This document shows positions 11,212 to 22,494 of a DNA stretch of 64,000 bases, piece after piece (positions within the stretch are counted from its first letter, which is position 1; the number at the start of each line of letters is the position of its first letter). A program made the translations under genes and the position numbers. Under the pieces are notes generated by a model. The model did no database searches, was not told where the DNA came from, and worked only from the letters and a program-made list of their open reading frames with translations. The DNA comes from Caecitellus pseudoparvulus (taxonomy: Eukaryota; Protista; Bigyra: Bicosoecida), in contig CBFFRQ010000069.1 in the NCBI GenBank assembly GCA_965644315.1, positions 992,001-1,056,000 on the forward strand, given 5' to 3'.

Positions 11212-13117
11212 AATGGGAAAGAAACCTCCCACCATGCCAGGCATCGCGGGCTTGCGAGGTCTGTGCGCGTTCCTGGCCAGCATTGCAACGTCCGCGGCGC
11301 CGCCGCTGGCCATTCTGCCACATGCCGACCTCGGCAGCACCCTGCATGAGTGCCAGGACGAAAGCAAGGTGGCCATGCTGCTCCGCGCGGCATTTGGTGG
11401 GCAAGCAGCAGAGCACTGGCAGCAAGTCTGGCGTGAGTCATTGTCTTTCCTGGACGGGAGCTCCGCCCAGTGCCGTGCCGCTTTGGCAGCTGCCGAGGCC
11501 AACGGACTTGTCCTGAGCACGCCGCAAGGCACCATCATCCGCCCCCCGCATGTGTGGCCAGAGTGGGCCTCCCCAACGCCTTGCCCTGTGTGCACTTTGA
11601 AGTACCCCCTTCACATGTCGCCTGGCTTGCCCGACTCTGCCGCGGGTTTGCTGAAAGGCATTGCGTCAGCTGGGTGGCTGTATGGTGATGGAAGCAGCCC
11701 TCGCCTGGCGCCTGCACCCCCTCGTCTCCCCGCCCTGGCAGCTGTTCAAGCACAAAGCACACAGCGTCGCCTGCCGCAGTCTTGCGCTGGGGGCGAAGAG
11801 GATTCCTCGCCCGCTGGTCGCCAGGGCGTGCCCGCCACACACCGGGCCGTGCTTCGCGCTCTGCTTCGTCTTGTGTCAGCGGGTGTCCCGCCCGTGCTGG
11901 ATGAATCCGCCATCCTCGGAGCACAGACGCCACCAGCTCGCCACCAAGCCCCACATGCAGCTCTGAGCATTCTGCAAAGGCTCTTCCCGGGCTCCATCTG
12001 CTTGGCTTGGCAGGCTGCGTCGCAAGCTGCGGTGCAGGCCCTCGCGGGCTCGCTTGAGGAGAGGCTGTGTGCACTGGGGTGGGCCGAACAAAAAGGCATG
12101 CTTCGCAATGTTGGCGGAATAGTTATTTCAACGAGGCCCGCCACATGGCCAGCTTGGGCCCAGCCGTCGCCAGCGCCGGAAAAGCCCTCATTGACTCAGC
12201 TGGCTCTGTCCGGCCGCGCGCCCCTCGTGGCATTCAGAGTCTCCAACGAACTGAAGGAGCTCGGCTGGGTAAGGGAGACAAGACTGTCCTCTCAATCGCC
12301 CACCTTGCGCCCCCCTGCGGCCAAGGCTCCAGGCCTTGCGTCGAAGCCGCTGTGGCCGTTTCTCAGATTTATCGCGATGTCTGGTGCGCCGCCCCTCGTG
12401 CTGCTGCAGCACGTCGCACCCACCGTCAGCAAGGTGAAAACGGCAGCCTCGCACGAGTTGTGGTACGCCATGATCGACGAGACGTTCGGCAAGGAGCACG
12501 CTGACCACTGGTCTGCAACCATTCGCCGGGCCCAGGCGCTGCTCACCGACACGCGCAGGGCCCGGCGAGCTCAGTGGCGCATCGCACAGGAAGCTGGCCT
12601 CATCGTCCGGCATGGACTGGCAACCTCAGTCAAGCCCCTGCACGAGTGGCCAGCTTGGGCGCGCCCGGCGGACCAGGCGCCTGTCTATCTGACTCAGGCG
12701 TTGCCCAGCACAGCCGGCTTGAAGACCTTGCAGAAATTCGCCATTCGAGCCCTGGAACGGGCAGGGTGGCAGCCAGTGGAGTCAAGCACCCCGGACTTGT
12801 CACCGGTTTCCAGTAGGAAGCGTGGCAGGTCGCCAACGCCCCGTTCGCCGCCGTCGCCACGACCAAAGTCCGCCCGGCTCGGAGCTGTGACGTCCGAGTG
12901 CCACGGCATGCTGGGGGTTGCGGCTGCTGTGGGATGGAGCCACGAGGAAGTGCAGCATGCTAGGAACTTGACTCCACTGCATTTGCCACCTAGTGGGCTG
13001 TCCAAGCCCACGCCTGCGCCGAGTACATTTGAGGTGCCCACGTCGCACGGAGGATCCGTCTCCACGACATGGGACGCTTTTCTGGGAGACCCCTTTCGTA
13101 AATTCCAAATGGTCTAA
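11212..13117 (+). CDS. Orphan protein with three tandem ~145-aa repeats
   Basis: Long ORF (11129-13117) with three units each containing [AG]xPP...F...W...AxxxG...PxxWPxWAxP...GW. Start uncertain. Confidence 0.75.
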
Positions 13118-13500
13118 GAGCTTGAGTTGAAGGCCCTGCTCGATAATGCACATATGCGACCCTGTTTTTGTGTGGGAAGCCAGGAGAGAGTATCCGTGAG
13201 AGCTACTGAAGTTTGCTCTGCAGAGCCAGCCCCAGCATGCAGGGCTGCTGGCTCTGATAGCGACCAAGGACACCCAAACGAACTTTTGATCAACACGTGT
13301 CCGAGGAAGGTCTCTGTTGGCCCTCCATGGCAGCTGCGTCAGGCGAGGGGCGCCTCGCTTGTGATTGGGGATGGCTCCCACCACGTGAGGGTTGCCGCTT
13401 CACTGCCCTCGGCCTGCACGACCGTTTCCACCTCCAAGGTTTGGCCCTGCAGGAGTGATATGGGACTTGATGCACTTCGTTCCTTTCCAGGGGGCTGTAA

Positions 13501-16380
13501 GTGTGTTGCGGCGGTGCTCCCACGCACGCAACGAGTGCCGAGCGGTCTTTGAAACCAACACGCCAACCTGCACAGGTTGGCGTGGGCACGGTGAACAAGC
13601 ACTGGCACTCGGCATTCCGCAGCCCTGGCTTCTTGCAAGACTGGTGGGAGATGCAGTGGCGCGTGGCAATCCTGCAACAGGGCTTCAGCACGCTCCCACC
13701 GGCTGCTCACTTTGCTCGCTCCAGCGCTGGTTCTGCTCAGCCTGACCACCCGATGAGCACGATGCTTCATGGACTGGAGAGCTTCAGGACTGAGCTTGCC
13801 GCTTTCCCCTCACGCGAATCTCGTCAGGAACAGGCTGACCCAAGCTCTTTCGGCATGCTGCTGCCTTCCTTCGGCGCTTGCCCCTTGCCGGCAATCCTGC
13901 CAACGAGGCTGACGCCGCAGCAAATGGAAGCGACAGAGGCATCGTGGAACCTGGCCCAGGGCAAAGATGCGTCAAACCCCTGTGATACCCGCTTCAAGCT
14001 CGATTTACTGTACCTCGGCGGCAGGCTGAGGCAGGAACAGGGACAGACGTGGCTCTCAGTGCACCGGCTATGTGACGCGCTAGCACCTCCGGGGACGGTA
14101 CGCTTCAGGGCGCAGCTCTTGCGGCAGCACGTGCTGCGAGCCACATTTACACAATCTGGGGTTGCTCGTAGTGTCGAGCACCTTCCCTTCTTCGCCACAG
14201 CTTTGGCGGTGATTCTGTCGGCGCAAAGGCGACCTTCGCTTGAGGACATTCGACGTGCCCTTGCTCCAACCCGCATGCACTTGCGGGTCATTGCTCCCTA
14301 CCAGCATGTTGCCACAGCCATCAGGCGCGCGTGGCTTCCAGACAACGCCCCGAAAAGCCTCTTTGAGCTTGATCTTCAGATCGGCGAGGCTGCCAGACTC
14401 GAGCTCGCTGGCGCAGCTGCGCGTCTTCGGGCACTGTGGCTCCCAGCCTTGCCCACCCCCGGCATCATGCGCCACTGCATGGAGCTGCTGCACTTTTGGC
14501 TTTGTGAGCCGGTTCTCTGCTTTGGGGTTTGCTTGGCGGTGCTGCTGTTGCCGTTTGCGGCTGAGCAGGCTTCGCCTGCATACTGGTGGCTGGCTGCTGC
14601 ATGTGCTTGTTCTGGCTTGTTCGTGTTCTGGTGCAGCACAGTGGTGCACGTTGTTTCCATGTACGCAGACCCGCGGTCGCGCTTGCTCCACCAGTGGCTC
14701 ATGCCTCCCTGCTGTGTGTACCGCAGCGCAGCACAGTTTCCCTGGGCACTTGAGCATGGTGCGCCGCTCTCTGCCGGCTGGCCACTCATGAAGTCGACTG
14801 TGTACATTCCTGGCATCCCCGTATCAGAGCAAGGAGGGCCGAATCAAACGCGAAGCCGGGGGCCAGCTGCCACTGACGGCAGGGTGCTGCCGATGCACAG
14901 TGAGCACTTGTTCCCTGGCTTCCTTCTGGCTCACCCAGGCGGCCCGCCCCCCTGCATGGTCTGCTACCGCACATCAGATGATGCACACCAGAGCTGCTCA
15001 GGAAGTTGTGCATGCCTGGATCACAGTGTTGACTTGCACCACCGCAGGCACAACCGGGCCACTCTGAGGCAAGCGCATGGTCGCCAGCTGGGCCTGTGCG
15101 CCCCCATGTGGTTGCTGCGGCTGATGGGGAATATTGCTGCTTGTGTTTGGCCCCTGGCACTCATCGCCTGCGTGGCGGGGGTGCTTCGGAAAGTCTCTGG
15201 TGATGCGCGGGAGAGTTGGCTGGCCGTGACGGCCATTGTGTGGGTGGTGCCCCTCTGTGCATGGGTGCTGGGCCTGGGCTCTCCCCAGCTGGACGCCGCC
15301 AGGGGGGCGGACCGCAACCACTGGATGTTCAGACTGCCGTGTGTTCGAAGGACACGCTTGCGGCAGATGTGGTGGACGGCGCCACACATCGTACTTCCCT
15401 GCCTCGCAACTCTGGGAGCCCTGCAGGTTGCATTGTGGGCCGCGTGGCTGGATGGGCACCTTCGTATCCATTCTGGCATCGCATCCGTACCAGTGTTGGC
15501 GTTTTTGTGGACTGTGCAAGTGGTGCCGGTGATCTTCATCTCACTTCGTGCGGTTTTTTCATTCCAGGAGGGGGGCGCGTGGCGCTGTGCGTGCACTCCA
15601 GCCAGACGCGACGCCACGATCCGCGCGGCAGTGCGAATTCTGCTCATTTTCATACTCGCCAACTTGGCCGTGATTTCACTTGCTGTCTGCTTGCGTGCAG
15701 CTGAAGGCGGCTGGCAGTTGTCTGCAGCGGGGCACACAACCTGGCACACAGCGCTCGCAGGCTGGACAGCACTGGCCGTCGTTACCATGCTGTACACGCT
15801 GCACTGCATGCTTTGGTCTGCGTCCGTCAAACTGCGAGGCAACCACATGGCCACGCCGTTCCTGCCGTTGCATGCGGTGCGCCACGTCCCCAGCGCGTTC
15901 ACAACGCGTGGCACACTGACCGGCCCTCCTTGCTGCACAGAAGCTGTGCGGCCTTGCGTCGCAGCGTGGCGGTATTGCACCGCATGCTGCACTCGGCCCA
16001 GGTGTTCGTGTCCACCCTGCCAGGCTGAGAGCTGCCTCCGGCAGGAGGAGAGTGCTGCTGAGCACAGTTCCTGTGGAGAGCCCCTCCAGAGCACTGTGCA
16101 ACGGGAGATAGCAGTGGCTGAAAGAATGGCTGCAATTTTCGAGGCTGCCTCAAAGGCTCGCTTCGTCCCCTCACCCCTGGCTGCGTTGCATGGTTTGGGT
16201 GGGATTGTGCGCGATCGTGTGCCGAATCCGCAAGGGTTGGGCGTGGGAGAGTGGAAGGGCTGGCTGGGCTTGAAAGATGGCGCAGCACACGCCCGCGAAA
16301 ACCCAGCACTTGTGCTCAGCCTTGCGTCGATGCTGTGCTACGGCTCGTTGCTAGCGTCGGGCAAGGTCGGCGCTCCCTGA
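13501..16380 (+). CDS. Multi-pass, Cys-rich membrane protein, possibly with TMEM185-like hairpins
   Basis: 959-aa ORF with about 8 hydrophobic helices. Segments GVLRKVSGDARESWLAV and LWAAWLDGHLRIHSGIASVP resemble the LKLDG..SW..VF.P repeat. The true ATG is probably further downstream. Confidence 0.6.
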   Translation: MCCGGAPTHATSAERSLKPTRQPAQVGVGTVNKHWHSAFRSPGFLQDWWEMQWRVAILQQGFSTLPPAAHFARSSAGSAQPDHPMSTMLHGLESFRTELAAFPSRESRQEQADPSSFGMLLPSFGACPLPAILPTRLTPQQMEATEASWNLAQGKDASNPCDTRFKLDLLYLGGRLRQEQGQTWLSVHRLCDALAPPGTVRFRAQLLRQHVLRATFTQSGVARSVEHLPFFATALAVILSAQRRPSLEDIRRALAPTRMHLRVIAPYQHVATAIRRAWLPDNAPKSLFELDLQIGEAARLELAGAAARLRALWLPALPTPGIMRHCMELLHFWLCEPVLCFGVCLAVLLLPFAAEQASPAYWWLAAACACSGLFVFWCSTVVHVVSMYADPRSRLLHQWLMPPCCVYRSAAQFPWALEHGAPLSAGWPLMKSTVYIPGIPVSEQGGPNQTRSRGPAATDGRVLPMHSEHLFPGFLLAHPGGPPPCMVCYRTSDDAHQSCSGSCACLDHSVDLHHRRHNRATLRQAHGRQLGLCAPMWLLRLMGNIAACVWPLALIACVAGVLRKVSGDARESWLAVTAIVWVVPLCAWVLGLGSPQLDAARGADRNHWMFRLPCVRRTRLRQMWWTAPHIVLPCLATLGALQVALWAAWLDGHLRIHSGIASVPVLAFLWTVQVVPVIFISLRAVFSFQEGGAWRCACTPARRDATIRAAVRILLIFILANLAVISLAVCLRAAEGGWQLSAAGHTTWHTALAGWTALAVVTMLYTLHCMLWSASVKLRGNHMATPFLPLHAVRHVPSAFTTRGTLTGPPCCTEAVRPCVAAWRYCTACCTRPRCSCPPCQAESCLRQEESAAEHSSCGEPLQSTVQREIAVAERMAAIFEAASKARFVPSPLAALHGLGGIVRDRVPNPQGLGVGEWKGWLGLKDGAAHARENPALVLSLASMLCYGSLLASGKVGAP

Positions 16381-16543
16381 GAGGCGCACGAAAGCCAGCC
16401 GAGGGCTAGGCGCCGGCTCGGCAGGATCACTCCCGGCGCCCACATAATACATAGTATCTAATTGTTCACATCATCACTTCACATTGCATCCCAGGTTTTC
16501 CCACCTTTGTGGCGCTGAAGGGCGAGGACATCGTGTGTGCACA

Positions 16544-19500
16544 ATGCGGAAATTGGCTGGGGCTCTTTTTACCTGCCTCGTCGCAGGCAGTTTTCTCCCA
16601 CTGACCCGCGGGGATGTGTTGGTTGCGGGAGGAGAATTCAGTTCAATTGGCCCTTTTTCTGTTCCTTCCTTCGCGAAGTTTAACGGGTGGTTTTGGGACG
16701 ACGCAACGACCCGAACCCCGCTGAGCGGCGCAGTGTACACAGGTTGCAAGAGCGGCTCTGTGACGGTCCTGGGCGGGTCCTTCCATGTCGCGGACGATCG
16801 TGACCCTACTTTTTTCCTGCGCACGTCCACTTGGTACTTTGCGAGGGGTCTGGAGAGCTTCTTCTCACCCCAGGGCACCCTTCGGCCAACCACGCATGGT
16901 CACGTCGCGAACGCGGGGGAGGAGGCGGAGGAAGAGGGCATTCTGGATGGCGAAGCGCTTGACTTCGGCAGCCTGGACAGCACTTCCGACGAGGATGAAG
17001 ACGGGGAAGGAGGGGACACCCCCGTCGAGCCTGTGGAGCGCGCCCTGTCTGGGGAGTACGCCTACTCCGTGGCTCTGTCGGGGCCGGTGTGGGATTTGTA
17101 CTGCACACAGGGCTCCGTGTTGCTCGCGGGTGCCTTTCAAAACGCAACCCTACCCGCAGGTGCAACCAGCGACGATGCATTCTCAGCGGCTGACATGGGC
17201 GGCGGCCCCGTGGGTGTGTGGGTGCCCGGCCCGCCTGCTCGTTTTGTGCTACTGGGCGAGCCGGGGCAAGTGACAGGCTCTGTGCACGCTGTCGCCGGTC
17301 CCAGCCCCTCCTTTGTCGTGGCTGGAGGGTACTTTACCGGGTCACGCACTGCCAGCCCCACAGACTCTTTTGACGGCGGCGCCTCATCAGGCCTGGCCAG
17401 TCTCGCGCAGTGGAGCACCGCGGACGGGTGGCGCAGTGTGGGGGGCGGCGCCTTGCTGCCCCTGGACACCGGCGCCAACGGCACGCTGGGGGAAGTGTAC
17501 GCCATTGCCTATGACAACACCACCGGCTGGTACTTCGTGGGGGGGCACATGAAGGTGTGTGCCGAACCAGGACTGGCACTGACCTCCCAGCAGGACCCGG
17601 CCTGCTTTCCACACCTGGCACTTCGCACTTACGACGAGTGGTCTGGACCTGCAGGCTGGGCAGCCCCTCTGAACGGCTCTGTGACTGCGCTACTGTACCG
17701 GCGGACTGCGGCGTCATTGTTGGTGGGGGGCGCGTTTCTTTCCTGCGCTGGCCGGTCACAGTGCACGGGCTTCTCCGCAGTGCGCGTGGATGTGTCGGGT
17801 TTGCTGGGAGGCGGGGAGGCGGGTTTCCACCTCCCAGGGCCGCATGATGTCGTGCCTTGTGGCGGTGTCTCAGCTGCGTCTTTCTTCTCTGGAAGGCACG
17901 CTGTCGGAGGAGCATTTGCCCTGCTGCCTGCCTCGGTGTGTGCGCAGGCCATGGCGTCGCTGGAGGCCGTACTGAGCTCCCAGCGTGGCCTGGACAAGCA
18001 GGCACGGACGGCAGCAGGGGCTGATGCGGTTGCCTCTCTGCTGCACTTGCAGCAGGCTGCTCCAGGGAATCCGCACCGAGCCCTGTGCAGCCTTGCCACA
18101 TGGGACAATGCCGCCGCCGCCTGGACTTGCCTGGCAGCCACTGAAGGCACCGTGTACGCCCTGTACGCGTACGGTGATGGGGGGCAGCGGGGCTTCATCA
18201 CCTCCGGCATCGTGGGCGCCTCCATTGGAATGGGACTGGTGGTGCTGTCTGGCCTGTGTTGGGCAGGCGCCGCTGCAGCGTATGCCCTGCGTCCTCCGGC
18301 TAAGCGTGGCTCGACTGCGACCAGGGCACCGCGCCCCAGTGGCACGTCTAGCACGGCGACCCCTTCCACCCAGCTTGCAGCACCCCTCTTGGCGAACGAT
18401 GCGGCAGGCGGCGCAGCTGCGGGAGGGGCCAGCAAGTCCCGCTCCCAGGCTCCGAAGCAGCAAGTCGCCAAAGGTGCTTGGGCTGGGCTGGCCTCGGAAG
18501 CTTTCACGTGGGGCACTCTGTGGGCATGCATTGCAGGGTTCATGGCCTTCTTTGACCTCTGCGTGGTGTTGCCGGTGGGCAGCAGGTTCGGCAGCCGGGG
18601 CGCGCAGGCAATGAGCGCAGCACTGTTCACTCGGCGGCAGTGGAGTCCCCAGATCTATGTGGACCTCGTCATTGGCATGTCCCTGTGCCTTCCAGCCCTG
18701 AGCTTCCTAGGCGTTATGGCTTACCTTCACTGGGCGCCCTTGTACCCGAACCTGCCAGCCAGTTTCTCCCACCGACAGCCGCGTGAGAGCTGCATTCCCC
18801 GCCTGCGCAAGTGGCAGTTCAAACAGCACACGCCCCGCACTCCCAAGCAGGTGGCGAGCATGCACCAAGTGCTAGCCTCTCGGGTGGCACCAACGGTGGC
18901 CATTGTGAGCGTCTGCTCGATCTGGTGTGCGCTGTTCCTGCTCTGTGCAGCCTTTGCTCCAGCGCCGGTTGCGCTGCAGCAGCTGCACCCGCTATGGGGC
19001 GCGGCAGCTTATTCAGTTGGCCTCGTCATTGTGTCGCAAATCTGCGAAGTCCTCATTTCGCAGTTGTATGCACCAGTCATGTCTGAGTTCTCCACACTGG
19101 CTTTCCGTATCAGTCTGAGGGCGTGCTTGACGCTTGCGCAGGCGTCCCTCTTGAGCCTGAACCCTGCCTCGGGCGCATCGGCCCTCTTGACGCCGCTCTT
19201 CTCCAACGCACTGGACTTTGTCATGTTGGCGGCGACCGTGGCAGCGTATCGGGGTGAAACGCAGCGGGGCCCCGCTTCAGGAGGCGGCATCCTTGCATTG
19301 CTCGGCCGGCTCGTGAAGGCAAGCATCGGTTTCGATGCAGAAGACCCCGTCGCAACGATGGATGCACTGCACTCTGCCCGCATCGTGCGCCTGGCAGGGT
19401 GCGTCCTGGACTTGTTCATGCTGAGCGGCTACACCCTTGTGTGTGCGCTCCAGATTGCCCTGCTGCTCGCCATGGATGCTGCTGTGTTCAAGTGGATCGT

Positions 19501-20182
19501 ACACCGCTTGCCCTCCCCAAGGCAGCAAGTGAAGGCCCTGCTCACCCAGGCAGCGGAGACAGAGGCGTCTCTGCAGGAGCACCAGCCATCCCTGCACACC
19601 AGACACGCGCCTTCAGACATGACTCAGCTGCCCCCGTCAGCTGCCTCCCACTCTTCCCTCTCAGCAGCGGATGTGCGTGCGCTGCATGTTCTGAGTACGC
19701 TCCTGGCACTCAGTCTGTCAGGCTTGTGTTCTGCGGGCCAGTTTGTCGCGCTGGGCGGGGTTCCTTGGCTGCCCCCAGCTGCTGCAGCAGGAGCCCTGGC
19801 CTTGCTCGGCTTCCGCCGTGCTGGGGCGCTGTTCATGCGACCACCACCCGAGGCCATGCACTGGGGAACGCTCCTTGTCCTGGTGCTGTTCGTCGGCGGC
19901 TGGCTCGTGCTGGACGCGCTGTGCCTCACGGTGGGCTTTGCTCACTCCTTTTCCATCACCACGGCGGCGCCGCTCCTCAGCTATGCAGTCGTTCTGCATG
20001 GGGCGTTGGTTGTGACGGTGTTTGCGTTGTGTTGTTGCAAGCCTGGCAAGGGAGCCACCACCCCACTGAATCGGCGCCGGGTCGTCCGGGTTTGTGGTTG
20101 TCGGCTAGTTGACCCCCTGCACACCATGTACAGGTACACCCGCTCCAGGGATCCAGGGCTGGCAGCCTTGCTGTCCTCTTGA
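16544..20182 (+). CDS. Signal peptide + Rax2-like beta-propeller ectodomain + multi-pass membrane region
   Basis: Signal peptide MRKLAGALF. Repeated blades (VAGGEF, LLAGAF, VVAGGYF, FVGGH, LVGGAF; G.V.A[LIV]). More than 10 hydrophobic segments follow. Confidence 0.7.
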   Translation: MRKLAGALFTCLVAGSFLPLTRGDVLVAGGEFSSIGPFSVPSFAKFNGWFWDDATTRTPLSGAVYTGCKSGSVTVLGGSFHVADDRDPTFFLRTSTWYFARGLESFFSPQGTLRPTTHGHVANAGEEAEEEGILDGEALDFGSLDSTSDEDEDGEGGDTPVEPVERALSGEYAYSVALSGPVWDLYCTQGSVLLAGAFQNATLPAGATSDDAFSAADMGGGPVGVWVPGPPARFVLLGEPGQVTGSVHAVAGPSPSFVVAGGYFTGSRTASPTDSFDGGASSGLASLAQWSTADGWRSVGGGALLPLDTGANGTLGEVYAIAYDNTTGWYFVGGHMKVCAEPGLALTSQQDPACFPHLALRTYDEWSGPAGWAAPLNGSVTALLYRRTAASLLVGGAFLSCAGRSQCTGFSAVRVDVSGLLGGGEAGFHLPGPHDVVPCGGVSAASFFSGRHAVGGAFALLPASVCAQAMASLEAVLSSQRGLDKQARTAAGADAVASLLHLQQAAPGNPHRALCSLATWDNAAAAWTCLAATEGTVYALYAYGDGGQRGFITSGIVGASIGMGLVVLSGLCWAGAAAAYALRPPAKRGSTATRAPRPSGTSSTATPSTQLAAPLLANDAAGGAAAGGASKSRSQAPKQQVAKGAWAGLASEAFTWGTLWACIAGFMAFFDLCVVLPVGSRFGSRGAQAMSAALFTRRQWSPQIYVDLVIGMSLCLPALSFLGVMAYLHWAPLYPNLPASFSHRQPRESCIPRLRKWQFKQHTPRTPKQVASMHQVLASRVAPTVAIVSVCSIWCALFLLCAAFAPAPVALQQLHPLWGAAAYSVGLVIVSQICEVLISQLYAPVMSEFSTLAFRISLRACLTLAQASLLSLNPASGASALLTPLFSNALDFVMLAATVAAYRGETQRGPASGGGILALLGRLVKASIGFDAEDPVATMDALHSARIVRLAGCVLDLFMLSGYTLVCALQIALLLAMDAAVFKWIVHRLPSPRQQVKALLTQAAETEASLQEHQPSLHTRHAPSDMTQLPPSAASHSSLSAADVRALHVLSTLLALSLSGLCSAGQFVALGGVPWLPPAAAAGALALLGFRRAGALFMRPPPEAMHWGTLLVLVLFVGGWLVLDALCLTVGFAHSFSITTAAPLLSYAVVLHGALVVTVFALCCCKPGKGATTPLNRRRVVRVCGCRLVDPLHTMYRYTRSRDPGLAALLSS

Positions 20183-20422
20183 GGCTCCCAGGCCGTCCTC
20201 GTGCGGCCTGGCAACATGTGTCACCTGCAGCTTGCCCAGGCCACCAAGGTCCCCCCTTGCACATATTCTGCACGTCACCGTGGCTGTCCTGCTCATGTCG
20301 ATGCAATGCGATGCAATGCACTGAAGGTGTTTCGCTCGACGGCCGGCGCTCCAGCACAGTGCAGCTCGCCCAAGGAGGTGGTCGCAGGCGGGCAGCCGAT
20401 TTCCGCAACGGCACCGCAAACC

Positions 20423-22465
20423 ATGGCTTCACAGGCCGCATCAGTGGCACAGTACGTGCAGAAGCACGACCTATCCAGCCTTATCGAAGAAATGACTAAC
20501 GATGTTGTGAGGGAGCAGCCTGACGACCCCCTGGAAGGCTACCTTCGCTCGGTCACGTGAGTGGGCCGTTTTTCAGCTGTGGACACCCTCCCCCCACATC
20601 CTTCCTATTTCTCCTCCAACGGCAGCTCGAGGCTCGCAGAGAAAGGTGGAATCACGGACATCACAGGCATATCAGCCCCCTTGGCGTGCCCCACAGCTCC
20701 AATGGCGCTACACGTCACCCTCAAGACAGCGGCCGGAAGCTGGTCAGGAGCCGTCGTGCCTGGCCCGGGTGCTCCTTCCCTGCAGAGCCAGGAGCAGTTT
20801 GTAGCGCAGGAGCTCGCGCCCGCGCTGCATGGCATCTCCCCAGTGGATCAGTCTGTCATTGATGCGAAGCTGGAGGTGGTGTGCGCTGCCAACCCGCCGT
20901 TGGCCCGCCTGGTGTCCCGGCTCGTGCTGCAGGCTGGCGCGGCCGCACAGCAGCGAGATCTGCACGCCCACGTGGCAGCACTCTTCGCTTCTGAAGTGGC
21001 CAACTTGACCGGAGCGCCCGCACCCCACCGTGCCAGTGTGTGCATCCCGGTGCCGGCCGTGACGCTGCTGGAAGGCGGGCCTGTTGCAGGGCCCATGGCT
21101 TCATCGCTGCCTTTCGCTGAAGTGCTCCTGGGCGCACCTGGCGCAGCCTCAGGCGGCGAGGCGGTGCAAGCGCTCTTGCACAGCTACGCAGACACGGCGA
21201 GGTCCATGGCCATGGCGAAGGGGGCCTGGGGGGCGGTAGGAGTGGCAGGTGGACTGCCCGTCTCTCACACGTGCCCGGCCCCAGTCTTGGAAGCTTCCCT
21301 TCCCCAGGGCCCTGCCTTGCCAGCTGGAGACTCAGCTGGTGCTGAGGCTATTGAAACTGCGTTCAAGTGGGGTCTTGCTGCGTGTTTAGGCCCGCCGTCG
21401 CAGGCCGTGCCTGCAGGGGCCAGCGAGGAGGAGGAAGCGACACGCCCACCCACCCTGCACCCTGCTCTCGCGTTGACCCTGCAAGCCAGTGGGCATCTCG
21501 CCGCTGTGCCGCCTGCCGAGGAGGCAGGCGCGCCGGCAAGCAGCCCTCGTGGCGGGAAGAAGAAAGGCAAGGGCGGCAAGCGAGCACCTCCGAAGCCCAA
21601 GAAGGCAGCCAAGGGTGCGCCACCACCTGCGGCGCCTGTGTGGGTGGATGTGGAGGATGATGGGTGCATGGCATACGACCTGAACTTTCCCACGGTGAAA
21701 GGCGTGGCGGCAGGGGTGACTCGCTGGGGCGACGCCAAGAACCCACCTGTTTCGGACCCGGTCACGTCGCCGTACCTGCACCAGCTCCTGCACGCTCTTG
21801 CTGCGGCAGCGCCCCTTGCAGCAGTTGTGCAGCCCTACGCGCCAGCTGATCACCAAGCGTACCACTACACATCCAAGGCCACAATCTTGGCACCTGCGCC
21901 TGGCGTGTCCCGAGCAGAGGCTGGCCCAGCTGGCACGCAGGGCAGTTTGACGGCATCCCCGCCACTGGTGGTGCTGGACTCAGCAGCGCCGGGCACGGCC
22001 AAGGAGCTGGGGGCCCTGGCAACTGATGGGGCCGTGCACGGCCTGCTCCTGCGCCCCTCCGCCTTCCCCTCCACGACTGCCTTGCTGGGTGCTGCTGCCG
22101 AGGCGCAGGTAGCGGGCGTGCTGCTGTTGGTAGGGCATGACGAGGGTGCCAGGGCGCTTGCTGCAGTGCGGGCAGATGCCGAAGTCCAAACTACGGCCGT
22201 GTGGGATGTTTGCCCTCAGAGTGCGGGGCAGGCCGAGGCATGGTTGGTTGACTTGGCCATTGGCATCGGTGCCGTGGGGGTGCACTTGCCCGCGCCGAGC
22301 CTGCCCGCTGGAGCTGCGGAGCTGACCCGCCTGAGCCAAGTGGAGGCCGCTGCTGCAGGCAGTGCCACATACGCTGGGCAGGCATGGGCAGACAAGCACG
22401 CAAGCCTGGTCTCTGGCTTGGCAAGTGCGGAGGAGAGTCCGGCGGCGTCTGAGGGCAAGAAGTGA
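20423..22465 (+). CDS. ENO4: Enolase-4-like pseudo-enolase with N-terminal RIIa/Dpy-30-like docking helix
   Basis: YVQKHDLSSLIEEMTNDVVREQPDDPL (RIIa-like), enolase remnants LHGISPVDQSVIDAKL and IPVPAVTLLEGG, a Lys-rich insert and WLVDLAIGIGA. Intron about 20557-20625. Confidence 0.7.
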
Positions 22466-22482
22466 GGGACCTTGCCCGACAC

Positions 22483-22494
22483 GCAATGCATTGC
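22483..22494. terminator. Perfect palindrome GCAATGCATTGC, candidate bidirectional 3'-end signal
   Basis: Lies in the 46-bp gap between the convergent ENO4-like and clathrin stop codons. Confidence 0.5.
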
